A stretch of 64,000 nucleotides of DNA from Octopus vulgaris (lineage: Eukaryota): positions 134,416,001 to 134,480,000 of the forward strand of contig OX597815.1 of assembly GCA_951406725.2 (NCBI GenBank). Direction: 5' to 3'. The translations under genes and the position numbers were made by a program. The notes under the pieces were generated by a model, which did not search any database, was not told the DNA's origin, and saw nothing but the letters and a program-made list of their open reading frames with translations. Positions 48,298 through 61,060 of the stretch are shown one piece after another. Position 1 is the first letter of the stretch, and every line of letters starts with the position of its first letter.

Positions 48298-51200
48298 GTA
48301 AGTCTGGACTATTAACAACACCAATTATATAAAAGAAAAAATCTTTACCTAAGTTGTTATTAAATGTGTATTAACTCCTAGAAAGAAAAGTATCATCATT
48401 TACTGCACTACAAGTTTTATAATAACCGTTGTTGCTTTTGTATTTTATCTCTTTCACTACCAAATGTCTACTGTTCGTCTTCTGAGTTCTCAAGTACCCT
48501 GTAATCACCTTTCACTGAACAGGTATTTGTTGAAGGAGTAATATAATTTATGTAATTATTAGTCTCAAGGGTAAATAGTGAAGATCACGAAAGCCAGTTC
48601 ATAAAATGTTAGTAAGCAAAACAATTATAAACATTGAAATATATTGGTATATTTAGTATTTGGTCCCTAGAAGAAGCAGGGGAAGTAATAGAACCTGAAT
48701 ATATATTTATATAATAAGTGTGTGTGTATATGTAAGGAATGAAGGTGTGTGTTATCTAAACCAATTGAATGAAGGTCGATATGCAAATTGTAAAAGGTAA
48801 ACGACTGTAAAGTTAAATACCCTGTTAAGGATATGACCGGTTTTATGCTAGCTTCCTTCCCATCTCCCTTCAACTAAATTTACCCCTACATATTTGGGTC
48901 GGTACCATAGGGCGACGATGTATTATGTAGACAGAACTGAACGCATTAATAAGGTCGGTCGGAAAGACGGGTTTGTGTGTGTTGTATATATATTTGTTCC
49001 TTTTAAATTATGTGCCAAATCCCATATGTGTTTCTTGTTTTCGTTTCTAAATATCGTATACATTTGGTTGTAATTGCGCATACATACGCACACAAAATAA
49101 ATGTTTGTGTGTGGTTGGTATTGATATGTGGCGGGCGAATTATTGAAAATAGAATAGGCCAAGCCAAAACCACTGTTTAAGATATTTTTACACTTTTCAT
49201 TAATACTCGAGGAAAAGGTGTAAAAGTCATGATTTTAATTAGCTATATTCTTGGCTTGTGTTGGCTGTAGTTTAATGCTAGAAGGTCGTCCGATTACTTG
49301 TCAGTAAAATTCACGAAATTGAGCTTGTGGGCAGGTATACTTTATTATTAAACTAATTTTAACCGACGTAAACCATTCATAAAACTAAACCTGGTTTCAA
49401 ATGATCTCCAGCGTTCATTTAAAATCAGTAGAAACGTTAAAATGATGGGGGAAAAAAATTTGTTCTTTACATTCCGAGTTCAAATCCCTTCGAGGTCAAC
49501 GTCGCCTTTAATGATTTCAGAGTCGATTAAATAAGGCACAAGTACTGAGGTTGATTTGATGTTCCTCAAAGGCATCCTAAATGTGAATGGAATTAAATTC
49601 AACTAGCTTAAACAAATAGGCTTATACATGTAGGTAATCTTAGAGGATAGCGGTGTCAGTTGAAATACACCCAACAATAAATCAATGTATTTGGCTGGCT
49701 CTTATGTAAGGTCCCATAAAAATGTTCAAATAACCTTTAAATGTTATTTTTTGGTATATGTCAAGTAGGTTTTTTTGTTTTGTAAATAATTCAAATTCAT
49801 GTCTTGAATTTAGTTATCTCTAGAACGCAATAACCTCTACACGCTTTGAAGAAATAGCAGCCAAATCCCTTAAATCACTCCCCATCATTTTAAAACAGAA
49901 AGAATATATTATACAATGTAGTCTTAGAATATGTCTGTGTAATGTGTTTAGCTATGTTGGCTCTGGGTTAATTAGGGACTATACAACTCATTACTTCTTT
50001 TTTCTTTCTTTCTGTCACCGTAATTTTCGAAATGCTTGTATACGAGTACGCTTTAAAGAAATATGAGAAGTTGAAGATATCTCTTTCATTCCCTCCTCCC
50101 ATTGTTGCTGCTATTCCATCCTCGGAGATCGAGCTCATATGTTTTAAGTCCAATCATAACTATCTCATTTGTTCATTCAGACATTGTGCATCCAGGAACA
50201 TTCTGTAAAATGCGTGCTATCTCCTTTAAGATGATAGTCTAGTGTATGATTTGAGGGATATTTGGCTGCTATTTGTAAAAGGTCATGTATGGCGACTCGT
50301 TTAATGAGTGTATCCGCTAAAATTTTGTCATGAATGTCATTTTTGGCCAGGGCATGTTTCTGTGTGTATAGTTTACTATATCGTGTCCTGCCACGTGGAG
50401 TTACTATAAATTTTGTTACTAATGTAATTTTCCCCCTCCAAAGTCAAGTTTCATACATTTTCGATATGTTTGTAAATTAGTTGTATCGATGTTACGATAA
50501 TGTACTTAAGAAAGAGAGAGAGTTGGAAAAAATACAACGAAGAAATAATTGATAGATAACTTTGAATGAAGGATATTTTACGTTTATTATTTGTTTTTTT
50601 TTTCTTTCATCATCGCCAGTGACAAATTCCGAAGGATCTCAGCTGGAACGATAGCTGTTAATTTTGTATAATCATATAAATGATTAAAAAAAAAATTTTT
50701 GTCTCTTTAGTTCAGTGGGACTAGAGGTTGTGATATTCATACTTTTCTCCCGAAGCCGTCTTATAGTAGTAAGATAGTGCTGTGATACACCAGTACTTAC
50801 ATAAGCATTAACATCTGCTCTGTAGTTGCTAAACTTCCTAGTAACAGCAGTCATATCTCCTTTAGATTACTGAATAATTCGTTCCTGGATAAACTACAAA
50901 TGAAAACTAGTCAGGATGTTCATTACTGGAACGTCTCTGACCAAAAGTCTATTCGATCAATGTTGACTAACAGCTATGCAACATAAGTGGGATGAGAATT
51001 GAGAATGTATAAAATATGTGTATATACATGCTTTTTCAAGGACATTAGTGATGTCGAGTGAAATATCAATAACTAGTAATCGATAATATCGATGTTTCTT
51101 CGCACGTTAATTGCTAAAGTCATTAAGAAAGGTATAAATAAATTTCAGTTCCTCTTTCCTTATATCTATGTAAATAAAATCATCTTGTATATTTGTATTA

Positions 51201-51583
51201 GAGCCACCAGTCTACGACCTCCAAAACAAACATTAAGGTTGCTTGCAACTGTATCTCATTTGCTGTTTAGGAAAATAAACTATTCCGCATTTTTAGAATT
51301 TGTCGATTTAGAAGGTTTTTATTTTTAGGTGAGGAAATAAGAAGTTGTGATGTAAATGTTTTTCTCTAGAATTCTTAATGATGTGAGTTTAGACTCAACC
51401 GAAATATCAAAATGATTTCTCTCTGCAAATCTTGATGATGGTGAAATTATGAGGCAGTAACAAGTATTAATAATTCGTTAACCTTGTTTAATAATAATAA
51501 TAATAATAAATGCTAACCGTGTCATTGCACGAATAGCTGCAACAAAATGTTAGCATAACATTTATCGATAATCGGTTATATTA

Positions 51584-51790
51584 AGGCGTTGAGCTGGTAG
51601 AATCGTTGGCACACCGGGTAAAATACATAGCGGTATTTCGCCAGTCTTTTACGCTTAGTTCAAATTCTGCTGAGGTCGACTTTGCCTTTCATCCTTTCTT
51701 GGTTGATAAAATAATTACCAGTTGAATACTGAGGTCGATATGATCAACTCACCCCTCCCTCCACATACACACTCACCCAAATTGCTAACT
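51584..51790 (+). mobile_element. tRNA-derived SINE family B
   Basis: AGGCGTTGAGCTGGTAGAATCGTTGGCA..GTTCAAATTC..GAGGTCGACTTTGCCTTTCATCC; partial relatives at ~780-890, 49420-49560 and 58735-58855. Confidence 0.8.
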
Positions 51791-51994
51791 ACATGGAAAT
51801 AAGCTGAGTGGAAACAGTAGAATAAAAAAATTATTTCTAAAAGTCGACTCGATATAGTGTTGTGTAATTCGAACAGCTGTCTATTCCAGTGTCACATTTT
51901 ATCCCCTAATTTTTATCTCTTGTATGCTTCTGTATCTTTTCACATGATGTACATACACATGATTTATATACATAACGTGTCGTCTTCTCCCATT

Positions 51995-52137
51995 CATCAT
52001 CATTATTATCATCATCGTTTAACTTCCGCTTTCCATGCTAGCATGGGTTGGACGATTTGACTGAGGACTGGCGAACCAGATAGCTGCACCAAGCCCCAAT
52101 CTGATCTGGCAGAGTTTCTACAGCTGGATGCCCTTCA
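51995..52137 (-). mobile_element. RTE 3' end fragment
   Basis: Near-identical to 8540-8672. Confidence 0.8.
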
Positions 52138-52639
52138 CATTACCTTTCATAATTGTGTTTATCGTCTTTTTTTTTTTTCTCTATTAGCTTGTATTTAATG
52201 CTATATGTTTCGGTTGCTTGTCATTGTTTCTGTTAGTCTCAGTATTCTGAAGTTTTATCTCAACACTTATTCCCAAGTGACAAGTCTTTTTCTTCCTACT
52301 GGTATCAGACCAATTAGGAAACTTCTGTATGGTCACTTGACCTACTAGAAATAACAGCCCCAAATCCAGGGCCAGTCATGACCAATTGATGCTCTAAGCT
52401 TGGACCTAGACTGATGCATCCTTGATCCTTTTCATTGACTGATTGACGAAGAATTTTCCAGGTCAGATCAAACCCCATAGCAATATTAAATGTGATCTGT
52501 TTTTTATTCTTTTTACACTAAATAACAGTAAGCAACTTATATCTTTCTTAAGACACTGAGCCTTATGAAGGAGATGACTAAGGACTAAGATATTTGGTAC
52601 ACTGCTGTACTCAAGAAGACCCATCTGTCACAATAGAAT

Positions 52640-52942
52640 TGTTACTAGTGCTGGTGCTACATAAAAAGTACTGGTGCTACATAAAAAGTACTGGTGCTAC
52701 ATAAAAAGTGCTGGTGCTACATAAAAAGTACTTGTGTTGGTGCTACATTAAAAGTACTGGCACTGGTGCCACATATAAAGCTCCCAGTATACTCAGTGGA
52801 GTGGTTGGCGTTAGGAAGGGCATCCAGCTGTAGAAACCATGCCAATACAGGCAATGGAGCCTGGTGTGGCTGCTGGCCTTAACAGCTCTGGTCAACTGTT
52901 CGACCCATGCCAGCATGGAAAACAGACATTAAATGATAATGA
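52640..52942 (+). mobile_element. RTE 3'UTR fragment with 20-bp minisatellite (CTGGTGCTACATAAAAAGTA) x4-5
   Basis: Tandem units at 52651-52760 followed by GGAGTGGTTGGCGTTAGGAAGGGCATCCAGCTGTAGAAA. Confidence 0.8.
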
Positions 52943-53250
52943 ATTAGATTAATAGAGAAAATGAAAAATTTCGACTCACTTTATTCATTAAAAGACCTCT
53001 AATTAGTAAACCTTGCACTGGCAAAAATTCCATTGGTGCCTTTGTTTAGGCTTATATTAACAGTCAATCTGGCGCTGAAAGTATTCTTCAATTGAAACCT
53101 TACTCTCTTAAAATACCAAGGAAAATTATACAGTGTAGTCAGATTATACTCCTCCCTCCCCTGCCACATAAAGGATAAATTGTAATGCCTGAAAATACAT
53201 TTGATTATGGCTTGTTCTATTAGAGCTGATTTAGGGCTAAATAACTATGT

Positions 53251-53495
53251 GGAGGTGTGTGTGTCTTAGTGGTTAGGTTGTTGGACTCATGATCATAAGA
53301 TTGTGGTTTCGATTCCTGGACTGGGCAGTGTGTTGTGTCCTTGAGCAAAACACTTTCCACATAGCTCAGTCCACTCAGCTGGCAAAAATGAGTAATCCTA
53401 CGACAGACCGGCGTCCCGTCCAGGTGGGGAATTTAGAAGTCATGGAAACCGGAAAACTTACCCTTATGAGTCAGTGTGAACAGAGAAGGTAACTT
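53251..53495 (+). mobile_element. tRNA-derived SINE sharing head/core with 917-1242 but a different tail
   Basis: CTTAGTGGTTAGG..CTCATGATCATAAG..TTCGATTCC..CCTTGAGCAA.ACACTT..AGTCCACTCAGCTGGCAAAAATGAGT shared. Confidence 0.75.
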
Positions 53496-53952
53496 TACCT
53501 TTTTTTTTTTATTTTTAAAATAATAACTATCAGTAACACCTTGTACTTTTTCACTCAGAACTTCTGCCCATTTCATATTGTCTTGTACCATTGCAGTTAT
53601 TTCTTCTGTGCACTTTGGGCTTGTTTAAATGCCCATTTACCATCTTACCTCACGTGTGCTTTGATTTTCATGCTAGTTAACATTTCTGCCTACTAATTAT
53701 CATTTTTCATGGCTGAATTGGAGCCCACATTTCTCCCCACTCTCTGAAAATTATCCATATTCAGTATCCCTACCATATGACATACCAGCATGAGTGTCAT
53801 AAGATTTGTCACGTAGACAGAAAGAAACTCTCTTACTACAACCAGAATAACTGCTCCTTGAACTCCTGTCACCTCTTATTTACATATATACAAATACATG
53901 AACTGAATTTCATATGACCAGCTAATAAATTATTTAATATTGGTTATCCCTA

Positions 53953-55198
53953 TGAGGATTGGCTGAAAAGTTCATAGGATGACCAAGATACTCTCATGGA
54001 ATGTGACCAGACGAGGTTTATTTTTCAACCTAGCCCTCCTTGCCGTCCACACATATCTTATTGGTGTTGCAGTGTTTCGATCCCATTGGTAGGGAAGCTT
54101 TCATCCTGTTGGTGAAAAAGTCATCGACAGCAGATATGACATGGTCACTGCAATACTGGTTTCCAATAGTTTTTTTCATATTGGGGATCAGATGATAGTC
54201 AGATGGGTGGAAATCAGGAGAATACGAAGGATGATCAAAGCTATAATCATGCACAGTAGCCATTGAAAGTAAGGACTTGTTTGCTGGAGCCTTGTCCTGA
54301 TGAAACAAGACCCTTTTCGTCAGTTTACGTGGGCTTTTGGTCTTGATAGCCTTTCGTAATTGCCTCAATAAATTGGCATAGTTCTCTCCATTGATGTAGC
54401 CCTTTTGAAGATAATCAATAAACAATGCCTTTTGCATCCCAAAAACTAAGGCAATTATCTTCTTTATCTTCCCTGCAGATAAAATGATCTTGGCAGGTGA
54501 GGAGGGGGTTTTCCCCTGTCACTTTGTCTCTGGCTCAAAGTGATGAACTCAATACTCATTGTGAGTTAGGAAACATTCAAGGATACCAACTGGATGTGCT
54601 TGAAACAATATCAAATTTTCCTGTGATGCTACCTAATTAATGCACTTTTGATGAAGTGTCAGAAGACATGGCATCCACCAAACAGAAACCTTCGTTGTGT
54701 CGAGTTCATTGTGCACAATATTCTCAAATCCCTCATGGGATATGCTAATAGCATCGGCTGTATGATTTATAGTTAATTGCTTGTCATCCATCATCATGTG
54801 GTGAACATGATCAGTATTCTCCTCAGTAGTGGTAGTTGCAGGACATCCTGACCGTGGGTCCTCAAGATTATCCCTTCCGCTCCCAAATTCAGCTGCCCAC
54901 TTTTGCACTATTGATAAAGCTGGATTGTTGTCCCTTAATGTACCAGTCATGTCAGCATGAATGTCTTTGGGGGCTAAAACCTTTTTCTGCAGATAATTAA
55001 TAACACCGCAATGCCAAATTCTGTCTATTTTCAAGACAAGTCACTACTAGTTACATTTGAAGTCTTTGAACAGAGATTATCTGGAAAGAAGCAATGCAGT
55101 TATTTATTAATAAGTTGAAACTAATGCATGCAAGATTTCGCAGCTCTACCACTACTCCTTCATTTGTTAGCCTATGAACTTGTTCAGCCTTGTTCCAC
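53953..55198 (-). mobile_element. Full-length decayed mariner (irritans/Himar1-like)
   Basis: TIR core GGCTGAAAAGTTCATAGG / CCTATGAACTTGTTCAGCC; transposase VQKWAAEF..GR..LEDPRSG, WMPCLLT, FIDYLQKG, LFHQDKAP, HPSYSPDFHPSDYHL. Confidence 0.9.
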
Positions 55199-55671
55199 AT
55201 TTCTAGCAATAATGTTTAATTCTTTTGTTGCCCCAGCCCTTTTCCAACTGTATTTATGCGCTGTAAATGAAGGATTTTTTTTTTCATGCTGGAATATGAA
55301 AAATACGTTGCAGGTGGGTGTTGACCATCTTAATTGAACAAAGTTGTCAAAGCATTTGTTAACTGCACAGAGTTGCAATTGTAAAGAGCTGCTGTTTGTT
55401 TTTACACGGGTTCATAATTATGGCTAGATGGACTAGACCATTCCTACAATTAATCTTTATTGTTTATATTGTCCAAAATTTTGAACTGGTCTTATTGGAG
55501 TTATCTACCTTCTTTTTTAATATATTTAAATTCTACCAGAGGGAATTTTTGTCTAATAAATATTTAGATAATCTTAGTTCATTGAAATTTTTGAATTCAT
55601 TGTATTATGTATGCGAGACCCTTCTGTTTTTGTATTTAGTACACAGAACACTCCACTGAGGTATTTTTGTT

Positions 55672-55945
55672 CTTGTGCTGGTGGCACATAAAAAGCACGC
55701 ACTACACTCTTGGAGTGGTTGGTGTTAGGAAGGGCATCCAGCTATCGAAACATTGCTAGATCAGATTGGAGCCATCAAACCATCCAACCCATACCAGCAT
55801 GGAAAACGGACGTTAAATGATGATGATGATGATGACATTGTTGACATTCAAGAGTTATGTGTCTTTGTTGCTGGCCTCTTTGCTGGTTGTCTGTTACCAT
55901 GTCCAACTCATGCCAGCAAGGAAGGGAGACATTAAATGATGATGA
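55672..55945 (+). mobile_element. Two RTE 3' end fragments with (GAT)n tails
   Basis: CCAGCATGGAAAACGGACGTTAAATGATGATGAT. Confidence 0.75.
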
Positions 55946-56339
55946 TCCACATATACAATGTATAATTCACATGTACATAACTAACATACTTCTATTCACA
56001 AAATGCACTCCTTTTCAACCTCACCCTCCCGTTTAAATATGCATGTCTTTACCTATCTTATCTGAAAATAGACATTCATAAACTGATAAACATAAATGTA
56101 CTAATGAGTTGAATGTGAGTGCCTAATGTTCTGTTGAATTATCTACAGTATATATTTTGAAATGATAGATTAGAGTGGTTTTCTACAGATTTCCTAAATC
56201 TTACACCTATTTCCTTGTTGCTAAATGGAGTGGGACATTGCAGCAAAACAATGAAAGGTTCAGTAAGTTTGAACTAATCATACATAACATGAAGCTGGCT
56301 GTATATAATTTTGCTGCTATATATAATTACAAAGAGAAA

Positions 56340-56970
56340 TAGTTTGTACATTATTTACATTTGACAGATATTTGTCCTCATCTTGTTTGTTGTTAAAAAT
56401 GTTTTGGCTGATATACCCTCCAGCCTTCATCAGGTGTCTTGATGATAATAGTATCAATTTTTTGATATTATAAAGGTCACTGCCTGGAATCGAACTCAGA
56501 ATCTTGGGGTTAGTAGCCCGTGCTCTTAACCACCACTCCATATCCCCATGGGCAATTACAGAGTGAATTTTAGGGTTTATAAATTTCATATTTTCCTATC
56601 CATCCTTGATACTGGTTCCCATATCTGCACTTGGTCTGCTTAGGGGGCTATTGTGTCCTAGCATATGTGCTGCTTCTTTTAGTTTTCGTATTTTCCAGTG
56701 GTGTTCTCTGTCTATTATTTTAACTTCATCCCACTGGGGGAGGTGGTCTCAATTTTTCCATACATGATCAGCTATACCCAATTTATCAATATCTCCTCCT
56801 GTCACAGCTTTGCGATGTTCCTCTACCCTTATTTTGAGGGGGTGGCATGTTTTGCCTTTGTATAACCTACCACAGCTGCATGGGATGGAGTACACGCAGT
56901 TCTTTCTCTTCTACTGGTGGTTTTACTCGAAGGAGATATTTGCAAAGTGTTTGGTTCTTCTTGGGAACTA
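56340..56970 (-). mobile_element. Penelope-like element 3' end: GIY-YIG endonuclease relic, tRNA-like segment, hammerhead relic
   Basis: Minus: NCVYSIPCSCGRLYKGKTCHPLKIRVEEHRKAV..GIADHVWKN*DHLPQWDEVKIIDREHHWKIRKLKEAAHM; downstream TGGTGGTTAAGAGC..GAGTTCGATTCC; then ACAC-CTGATGA-AGGCTG..CAGCC-AAAA. Confidence 0.85.
56392..56440 (-). ncRNA. Hammerhead ribozyme relic in Penelope pLTR
   Basis: CTGATGA core and 5-bp stem II (GGCTG/CAGCC) intact; GAAA reads AAAA (consistent with CpG decay); 3' stem I arm degraded. Confidence 0.55.
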
Positions 56971-58270
56971 TAGCAATTTCTATTCATTAAAATTGCTTAT
57001 TTATACCTATGTGTGCATGCATGTGTGTGTGAGGTAAAGCTGTTGTGTTAGCTGTTAATGGAACAGTTGTAGGATTATATTTAGAACATTAAATTTAATC
57101 TTAACCCTTTAAGTATGGCAGTTGTAAGCAATTTGCTAAAAGAGACAGATTGTCAATAATTGGTTCTGATTAAATATACCATTCTTAATAAATATAAAAA
57201 TCTAATTCCAAAATATTGACTTTCATATTTTGTGGCCAGGTGACATACATAACCATCAAATTAGGAAAAATTCAGTTTCTTGCTAATAAATGTTTATTTT
57301 CTGCTGTATTAATACCTAATTTTGTAAAAGGCTTGTTGGATTTGATTGTTGACCAGATGACTTTTAAGGTGAAGCTAAATACCAGTTTACTTATTAATGC
57401 TGTGTGTGCTACTAATCATAATACAGTTTCATATAGTTCTTTTGTTGTAGATGTTACTTTAGAGATTGTGTATACAAAGTAATCTGTTTTGTTGTTCCTC
57501 TGTGTATGATTGCGGTGGAGTAGCATTAAGGTAACGACATTCCATGTGCTTGTATTTCATTTGAATATTTTGCTACTCAACTGTTTGATTCTACTGCTAA
57601 CTTTTCGTTTCTTCAATATAATCTTTCTATCCAGTTGTTATTGTCTTGTCCCAAGGCTGCCTGGCTTGAGTGTTTGCATAGCATATAGGTATTCTGCAGA
57701 TACAGTGAAACTTGCATAGTTAAATTCTACCTCTGCATAGCTGAGAAACATACTGCACACCCAGACATGCAGTGTATCAACCTGAACAGTCTCTGCAGTA
57801 TTTTATTTGTCTGGGATGCAGTATGGCAGCAAGCATATCACATTCATTCTATTATCTGGAAATTGTTACTGTTGAGAAGGTAAACAAAGTGAACTTGGTG
57901 TGTTTTTGATAAGCAACAGGCGGCTGTAAATGTCAGTTCATGTTGACTTATTGTCAGGTGAAAAGAAGGATAATGATTACTGTTATTTGTCTTAAGTATG
58001 TAGTCAAGTGCTCATATTATCAGCAAACTCATTACAATATAGATAAAAATACCTACTTGAAATTGATAATGATCAAACTAGGAACCATAATGTCTCAAAT
58101 TTAGTCATGCTTCAGAGGAAAGTATCACACGGGAGTTTAGATTAGAGTTGAACAAATTTAGGTCCTGTTCAAAAACATAAAGGACAATTTTTTTTGTTGT
58201 TATTGCTTATCTGTCTTTGATTTGTTTTTATATATTATTTGTTTCACAATAAGTCATACATCTATATTAA

Positions 58271-58491
58271 CCCTTTCATTACCAACCCGGCCAAAACCGG
58301 CTCTGGCTCTGTAGTATTAATGTCTTGTTTTCATAGGTTATTCATTAAAATCTTCCACCAAACCTTAATCACAATTTATGTTCCTAACACTAACTTCATG
58401 ATAACTAAGTTATTTTACTAAATTCCTTATTATATTTAAAATAATTGAAAGAAACACAGATCATCTCAAAATAAATACAGTAACGAAAGGG
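58271..58491 (+). mobile_element. piggyBac-type MITE
   Basis: TTAA|CCCTTTCATTAC...GTAACGAAAGGG|TTAA. Confidence 0.9.
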
Positions 58492-60002
58492 TTAAAGCCC
58501 TCCATCAGTCAGGATGCAAGCCTGAGTAAGGTTTTTTTTGTTTTTTTTTTATGGAAAACCAGTTATTGTCTGAGGAGCAAGATTCCATTCACTATGCTGC
58601 TGTTGTTGTGCAAGGGAAGGGCATGGGACATGATAGTTAGGTGCCAGTGTTGTTGCAGGTAAACTTAATGAGCTTGAACAAAACCACAGCACATTTTGTC
58701 CAGTGCTTTGAGTTTCCTCATCCAATTATTCAGGATTGGTGCTTTTTATAGACCCCACAAAAGTGCGAAAGGCAAAGTTGAATTCGAGCTTAAAACCTCA
58801 AATGTTTGAACAAATACCACAAGGCATTTTATTTGTTCCAACAATTCTGCCTGTTCAGTCAGTCATGTGCACACACACACACACATACAACCAGTTAGGT
58901 TGTACAGAAAAGTGTCCTCTCTAGTGACTAGTTTAGCTATATCATCATCAACAATTGGTTTTAGAGATGGAAATGATATAGCTATTTGTATTTTTTTGTG
59001 AAGAAAATCAAATGCTTTGCTTCGGTTTCTGTAACATCATGCAAATGAAATGAACTTTCCTCTGTGTTATTTGAACCAAGAAAGTCTTTATGTGGTTGCT
59101 AGAACTGCTTGAAATAACAGCCAAAGGGCCCTTAAATTACACCAATCATTGTAAATAAGAATCATCACATTGTATAATGTAATCCTAAGTAGATTTTTCT
59201 GAAAAACAAAAAGATGGCCATAGTTGGAATAATTCTTCACTATGGGCCTTCTTAACTTGGCTGACTTATGAATAAACATGGACAGCAACTACAGCCATCA
59301 TTATACTTTCAGACTAAGCATGTGACTGCTGCTGGCATCTATTTGCAAGCATATTGCAAAACTGCATCTTGACAACATATTCCATAACTGCAACTCGTAT
59401 TTTATTGATGAAAGTTAGAAAAGTATCCAAGCATGTAAAAATCAATGATCCAGTGATAATATTGCTCCAACAAAAATATTTTATCCATTGTTAGCATTGA
59501 AAAATATGTATGTATATGTGTGTATGTAGAATGTTTATACTATATCTGCGTGACATAAGAGTTAAAAGGTTTGACATCAAAAAGGGCATCCAGTTGTAAA
59601 ACATTGCCTGCACTTTCCATGCTAGCCCTGCTAGCGTGGAAAAGTGGATATAAAAACAATGATCATGAAATCTGGTCTATTGTCTTCTTGGACACTTTGT
59701 TAAAGGTCTGCTAGATAACTTCAGCGATGGTATGTTTTAATGTTCTTTGGTTGTAGTTTACTGAGTTACATCTGAGCCAGGGGATTTTATTTAAAGACCA
59801 GGCTGTATTCAGGAATACCTTGATTCTGTGATTCATTTCAAATCCCCAATCATTAAGTGAGAAGCTTATTCACATAGAAATGTTATAAATAGTGGTTATG
59901 ATTGTTATCACTGATGAAATTTGTTGTGAAAAATATTTTTGTATATTAAATAAAAAACTATAGAATGACAATTTAAGCATAACCAATGATTTGATTAATT
60001 AA

Positions 60003-60222
60003 CCCTTTTGTTACTGTATTTATTTTGGGATGCTCTATGTTTCTCTCAATTATTTTAGATATAACAAAGAATTTTGTAAAATAACTTCGTTATCATTAAG
60101 CTGGTGTTAGGAACATAAAGTGTGACTAAGGTTTGGTGGAAGATTTTAATTCAAAACTTATGAAAACAAGACATTTGTACTTAGGGCCAGAAGCGGTTTC
60201 AGCCGGGTTGGTAACGAAAGGG
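60003..60222 (-). mobile_element. piggyBac-type MITE, same family, opposite orientation
   Basis: TTAA|CCCTTTTGTTAC...GTAACGAAAGGG|TTAA; body is the reverse complement of 58271-58491. Confidence 0.9.
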
Positions 60223-60464
60223 TTAAATAAATATTTACAAATAATAATCAATAAAATGTGTTTAGAAACTTGATGTTTCGTTGCATGTTTTGGTTTCATC
60301 AGTTGATGTAGCTTTGTTGTTAGTATTTGGTTCACTTGATGTAGAAAAAATCTCTTTTGTCAAGAGTTCCTTGTTTCCATTGGTTGGCAAGAAAGTAATT
60401 TCATTTTTTGCAAATAACGACTGCACTGATATGGTCATATGATGTGCATGTACAAGGACAGCTG

Positions 60465-60975
60465 TGTAAAGACGTGGGACAAGGTGGTGAAGCATGATCT
60501 TCAAACTTTGAGCCTCACAGAGGCAATGACTAGTGGCAGAGACCTTTTGGTGATGTGATGTGCTTGAGAGGACTTGTCAAGCCAAATGAAATCCTAGTTG
60601 TGGTAACTGGCACCCATATTGGTGGGAAGTAAAGAACACCTTTTGAGTGTTGGGCCTCACGGAGGCAAAGTTGCTAACTTCCTTTTGAGTCTCCTCATGG
60701 AGGCAATGACTGAGACCTTTGGCATTATGTCATGCTTGAGAAAAAGACTCATCAAGCTAAGCAAAATCACAGTCGTGGCAGATACCAGTGTCATGTAAAT
60801 GGCACCTGTGCTGGTGGCACGTAAAAGCACCCAATACACTCTTGGAGTGGTTGGCATTAGGAAGGGCATCCACCTGTAGAAAACCATGCCAAATTAGACT
60901 GGAGTCTGGTGCCAGCCCAGTCAAACTGTTCAACCCATGCCAGCATGAACAATGGATGTTAAATGATGATGATGA
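60465..60975 (+). mobile_element. RTE LINE 3' end (ORF C-terminus plus 3'UTR)
   Basis: KTWDKVVKHDLQTLSLTEAMT matches the RTE C-terminus at 12935-13060; (GAT)n tail. Confidence 0.8.
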
Positions 60976-61018
60976 TAATATACATACATACATACACTCA
61001 TGCAACTGAGTAGACAAA

Positions 61019-61060
<42 letters not shown>

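Noticed and set aside
50610-50670. Possible further hammerhead (CCGAAGG..GGAACGATAGC)
   Set aside because: Both core boxes are mutated and the stems are unconvincing
52651-52760. 20-bp repeats resembling a CRISPR array
   Set aside because: No unique spacers; a tandem expansion within an RTE 3'UTR; eukaryotic DNA with no cas genes
57741-57879. AG...GT-bounded open segment as exon 2 of the 48264 gene
   Set aside because: The frame is open, but the peptide has no recognisable features and the splice sites are weak
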